Shown here: positions 26,290 to 29,947 of the stretch, one piece after another | Numbering within the stretch: position 1 is the stretch's first letter | How the letters are laid out: every line of letters starts with the position of its first letter | DNA from: an uncultured archaeon | GTDB lineage: Archaea > Thermoproteota > EX4484-205 > JAAOZP01 | Direction of reading: 5' to 3' | NCBI GenBank assembly: GCA_938045545.1 | Contig: CALIBN010000021.1 | Span: forward strand, 1-29,947 | Length of the DNA stretch: 29,947 nt | The notes under the pieces: model-generated | What the model was told of the DNA's origin: nothing | The model's database searches: none | The model's input: only the letters and a program-made list of their open reading frames with translations | Position numbers and translations under genes: made by a program

Positions 26290-28790
26290 GTTTTGGCAAC
26301 AAATTCTTCTTCATCTTCCAAATGAGTTCCTAATATTTAAGTGTATATCTGCGAAGGCAACCTGAGAAAGCGATTCTGCTCTGTTCCCAAGCGTATTTAT
26401 ACAATCTACCTCCAGGCCGAATTCCACTGCCTTTGGCACTATTTGAATTCCGTCCAGTGTAGCGATTAGCCCATGTACTGCCTTCGCCTCGTCCTTGAAA
26501 GGTGAAAGGTGGATAGAAAGCTGCTAAAGTATCAAGAGCATCGGCGAGAAAATCGAGAATGCGTACTAAGCCTTCAAGTCCTTCTGCCCAGTTCTCAATA
26601 GCCTCCTGTACCTCTAGTGCCTCCCACGCTTCGTCCTGCACAGAATCTACGATCCCCCTATACTCATAGAAATCCCAAAACATTCCCTGCTCTCAATCAT
26701 TATAGTTTTCTCCTTGAGGCACACAGCTCTTAGCGCTCTCTAATGCTGCGTATAGACCTATCCTCGCTTTGATAATGTAATAAGGCTTCAAGACATTTCA
26801 ACAAAACCCTTTTCAACGACCTCCTTTGACAATTCAGGTCTGCCGATATACTCGTTGAGCATAACGGTGAGGAGCGGCTTGTAAGGTCCGTCCGGAATCT
26901 GTTTTAAAACCATATTAACAAGCTCGAGTGTGAGCTCTTCTTCAATATACGCTTCTAGAAGATTAAGTCCTTTTCCGACACCTTCTTTTGCAGCCGTGAA
27001 TTTACCCGATGTTAAAATATCGTAAGCTAACTCTAGTACTGCAGCTGCTAACTCCTCTTTGAAGGATACTTTCGTAGCATTCTTAAAAGCTCTAATTGTT
27101 CGACTATTTTATGAACGTCTTGTATAATTTCATAGAAATCCTCAGCTGCACTTTCAGCTTCACGTTTAGCATATTCGTTAAAGTTTGCATAGCCTGAAAG
27201 AGCAACATAGAAACGTTTGATGGCTACCATTTCTCGCCATGTGACTCCACCTGCTTCCACTTCATCTAACCACTTCTCAGCTTTAGCCGCAAAATCTTTG
27301 AAAGGACTCCCAGTCAGACCGCTTTCCCCCAAGTCTTTTAGTGAACCTCTTGCCTTTGCAAGTTCCATTTCTCTTTCTCCAGTTTTAACTCTTAATGTGA
27401 GATTCAACCCTTCTGCTGGAACCTCAATCCGACGTCTCTCCTCGTATCAAAGAGTTTCATAGCTATATACTGGGTTACCATGTGCATGAGTGATTACATA
27501 GTAATTGCCAATAGGCATTCTATCAATATCGATTAAGCCATTTTTCGGTTTCACTTGCGACTTAACACATATCTTGCGATCGCCCATTTCTCTATAGAAG
27601 TATACCCAAACATCATCGGCAGGATTTCCTTCCTCATCGTAAACATTAGCCATAAGTCTTGCTGTTTGCTGATAAGGAACATAAGAAAAACTGCATTCTA
27701 TCCACTCACCAGAACGACTAGGATCTTTAGCTTTAATCGTTACTCTTACAGTATAATTACGTGGATCTCCGGTATTTTAAGCTGACTTCTCCATACAAAG
27801 AAGGTATTGACTATCCACAATTTGACCGGCTTTTATATTAATATCTTCTTGTCGGAAAGGCCAAGAAATTCTTGTTCCGAAAGTTTCGAAGCCAACCATT
27901 GCTTTCGGATTTATATTAGCATCAAAGTATCCTTTTAAATGGTGTAGCTTTTCAGGCTGACTATAAAGCGCTTCAACACCTTTATCTTTAAGAAATAGTT
28001 CGATAGCCGATAAAGTTGCAGCAGAACAATCTGGAGCATACCAGAAGGTTCCATATACACTTTTTGCTGGAGAATCCGTAATAATCACAATAACTTTTCG
28101 TGCATCTTTTCTAAAATCAAATTCACTTATCACCAACATTAATTGATCATAGCTTGCAGCAGGATCCCACCATTCTCCTCCAGAAAGCTGCACATGATCT
28201 AACCATTGATGAATCTCTTCAGCCTCCATAACACCACGAAAAGGCATTGTGAATGCCCAATCAGTATATGATTCAGCAGGAGAATTCTCTACAGTACTTC
28301 CTTCATATTTTACAATTGATATATGAAAATCGACATGCTCAGAAAGAAGTCTATTAACAAATTCATGAAGCTCAGAATGTATTCCAGGCATTTCATCTTT
28401 CATAGAACCAGTCATGTCAACTAGAAAGACGATATCCAATTTTTCCCTCGTCACAGACCTTTCCCAAAACCATCTCCATAGAATTGATAATACGAGTTCG
28501 CTTCACCAAAAGTAATTGATAGCTCTTGAATAACATTTTCCTTAGAGTCAAGAAGAGTTTCAGAGAGATTGGAATCCTTTAAAGACAACCCTGCCACCAA
28601 ATTCCCCGCCGAGTCTTTCATTGAAACCGATGCCCAGAGAAGGTTTTTACCAGCACTCTGATCCCAAAGTGAGAAATTGTTTACAATTTAATTGTGCTCT
28701 TTTTTAAACCGGACGTAAGAGAAGGAAGGAGGTCGCTGCAACTGCAACAACTACACCTATTATGGCGACAACCATTACGCTTTTTGTCAT
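26290..28790 (-). pseudogene. Fragmented large membrane-anchored vWA-domain protein
   Basis: ATG 28790 MTKSVMVVAIIGVVVAVAATSFLLLRPV*, then KDSAGNLVAGLSLKD, vWA core LDIVFLVDMTGSM..VIVIITDSP (27777-28454), and further same-strand fragments 27447-27653, 27048-27407 and 26330-26683 separated by frameshifts or stops. Confidence 0.75.
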
Positions 28791-29025
28791 TATAATTCAC
28801 TTATAGCCGGCATATAAAAAGTTTTTCTCCGTACATCATTTATCCAAGATTGTTATAAAATGACACTGTACTAAAACTACAAGTTTAATCTTCAAAGAAA
28901 GATCCCCGGATTGTTTGAGAGAAGTTGAAAAGCTTAGCGAGATTGCTAGGAATCTGACAGATAAACGAGCCGGCGCGTGCAAGAGTTTAGGGAAAACTTA
29001 AAAGCCCTGAGGAACTGGGTTGCTT

Positions 29026-29571
29026 ATGGATGTTCATGAAGCGATAGAAAGCAGAAGAGCCTATCGTGCTATCGAGCCGATAGAAGTAACTGATGGGCTG
29101 ATCAAGGATCTGGCTTATAATGCTTCTCTAGCTCCCTCCTGTTATAATAACCAGCCTTGGAGGTTTGTATTTGTGAAGAGCCGTGAAAAGCTTATGGAAT
29201 TATATGGTGCGCTGTCGAGTGGAAACAGTTGGGCTAAAACAGCTTCTTTAATCGTTGCTGTTTACTCCAGGAAAGATTACGACTGCATTGTTAAGGGTCG
29301 TGAATATTATCTTTTCGATACAGGTATGGCAGTAGCCATGATGATTCTGAGAGCGACGGAGCTTGGATTAGTGGCCCATCCCATTGCAGGATACGACCAA
29401 GATAAGGCTAAGAAGGCTCTGGAGATACCGGAGGAGGATATTCTGATTACCCTAATCATAATTGGGAAGCATTCTAATGAAGCCTTCAGCAGTCTTTCAA
29501 GCAAGCAGATGGAAGCAGAGTTGAAAAGACCTCCGAGAAAGGAGTTTGAAGAAATCGCAAGGATCATTTAA
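29026..29571 (+). CDS. Nitroreductase family protein
   Basis: AIESRRAYR, APSCYNNQPWRFVFV, DTGMAVAMMILRATELGLVAHPIAG. Confidence 0.93.
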   Translation: MDVHEAIESRRAYRAIEPIEVTDGLIKDLAYNASLAPSCYNNQPWRFVFVKSREKLMELYGALSSGNSWAKTASLIVAVYSRKDYDCIVKGREYYLFDTGMAVAMMILRATELGLVAHPIAGYDQDKAKKALEIPEEDILITLIIIGKHSNEAFSSLSSKQMEAELKRPPRKEFEEIARII

Positions 29572-29811
29572 GCGAGGAAACTGAATAATATCCAGCTTAA
29601 TAGTTATGTTCACGCGTAGTCTTCTCCTCTTTCCTGACTTTTGACGAGCGCAATAGGGGTCTATGCCTGCTCTAACGGGAAACCCTGAACTTAGCGTGCG
29701 CTATACTGATAAGGCCTTAAACTAATTGAATATTAAAGCCTAAAAGTCTTAGCAAGTTATTTCCCACAGGGTAAAGCTTAAAAATAGCGAGGGAATAGTT
29801 AAAGTAATCGC

Positions 29812-29947
29812 ATGAAAAAAATTATTCAAGTGAGGATTCACAGGGGAGAGAAATTTTATGTTGCTGAGTGTGTTGACCTGCCGGTTGTCAGCCAGGGTAA
29901 AACGCTGGATGAGGCTGTGGAGAACGTAAGGGAAGCGATAAGCCTTC
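29812..29947 (+). CDS. hicB: HicB-family antitoxin (partial, runs off right edge)
   Basis: MKKIIQVRIHRGEKFYVAECVDLPVVSQGKTLDEAVENVREAISL, the HicB N-terminal pattern. Not in the ORF track. Confidence 0.85.
   Translation, partial: MKKIIQVRIHRGEKFYVAECVDLPVVSQGKTLDEAVENVREAISL

Larger units (their letters stand above)
2023..29701. repeat. Dispersed intergenic GCGCGCGC-type palindromic motif
   Basis: Exact or one-mismatch copies at 2023, 17773, 21025, 21307, 23284, 26238, 28973 and 29694. Shorter variants at 4293, 11818, 14988, 16362, 19650, 23377 and 24698. Confidence 0.6.

Noticed and set aside
26069-26314. 81-aa ORF as a real gene
   Set aside because: Chimera spanning the junction between the vWA pseudogene end and the URO-D remnant.
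11175-28790. Programmed frameshifting or stop-codon recoding as the explanation for broken genes
   Set aside because: Breaks are multiple, irregular and accompanied by truncations and substitutions, and intact genes use all three stop codons normally.
1-29947. CRISPR array, classical integron attC sites, IS/transposase, tRNA or rRNA genes
   Set aside because: No regularly spaced repeats, no RYYYAAC/GTTRRRY hairpin sites, no recombinase or transposase motifs, and no tRNA or rRNA-like sequence recognised.

Overview
Archaeal chromosomal accessory region. AT-rich BRE/TATA boxes lie about 25 nt upstream of many start codons, and the gene content (URO-D-family paralogs, glycoside hydrolases, MNT-HEPN, VapBC, a geranylgeranyl-reductase-family gene) suggests a thermophilic TACK lineage such as Brockarchaeota or Bathyarchaeia (inference). 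The window is a patchwork of short unrelated modules. Carbohydrate and metabolic genes: a GH3 beta-glucosidase running off the left edge and missed by the ORF track, a GH123/DUF4091 protein, a GH-like protein, cupin + Zn-dehydrogenase, HAD hydrolase, two intact URO-D-family genes, a GGR-family gene and a nitroreductase. Surface proteins: a beta-propeller/PKD protein and a shattered vWA gene. Toxin-antitoxin loci: two VapBC, wHTH-MNT/HEPN, AbiEii-AbiEi, HicB and an orphan antitoxin remnant. There are also many gene fragments (MalG-type permease, NERD, URO-D, a membrane protein). The most unusual signal is a dispersed palindromic GCGCGCGC-type motif, often preceded by ARGCC about 10 nt upstream, that recurs between modules and at the truncation points of gene fragments. 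It is a candidate recombination or cassette-junction site. No rRNA, tRNA, CRISPR array, integrase or transposase was recognised.
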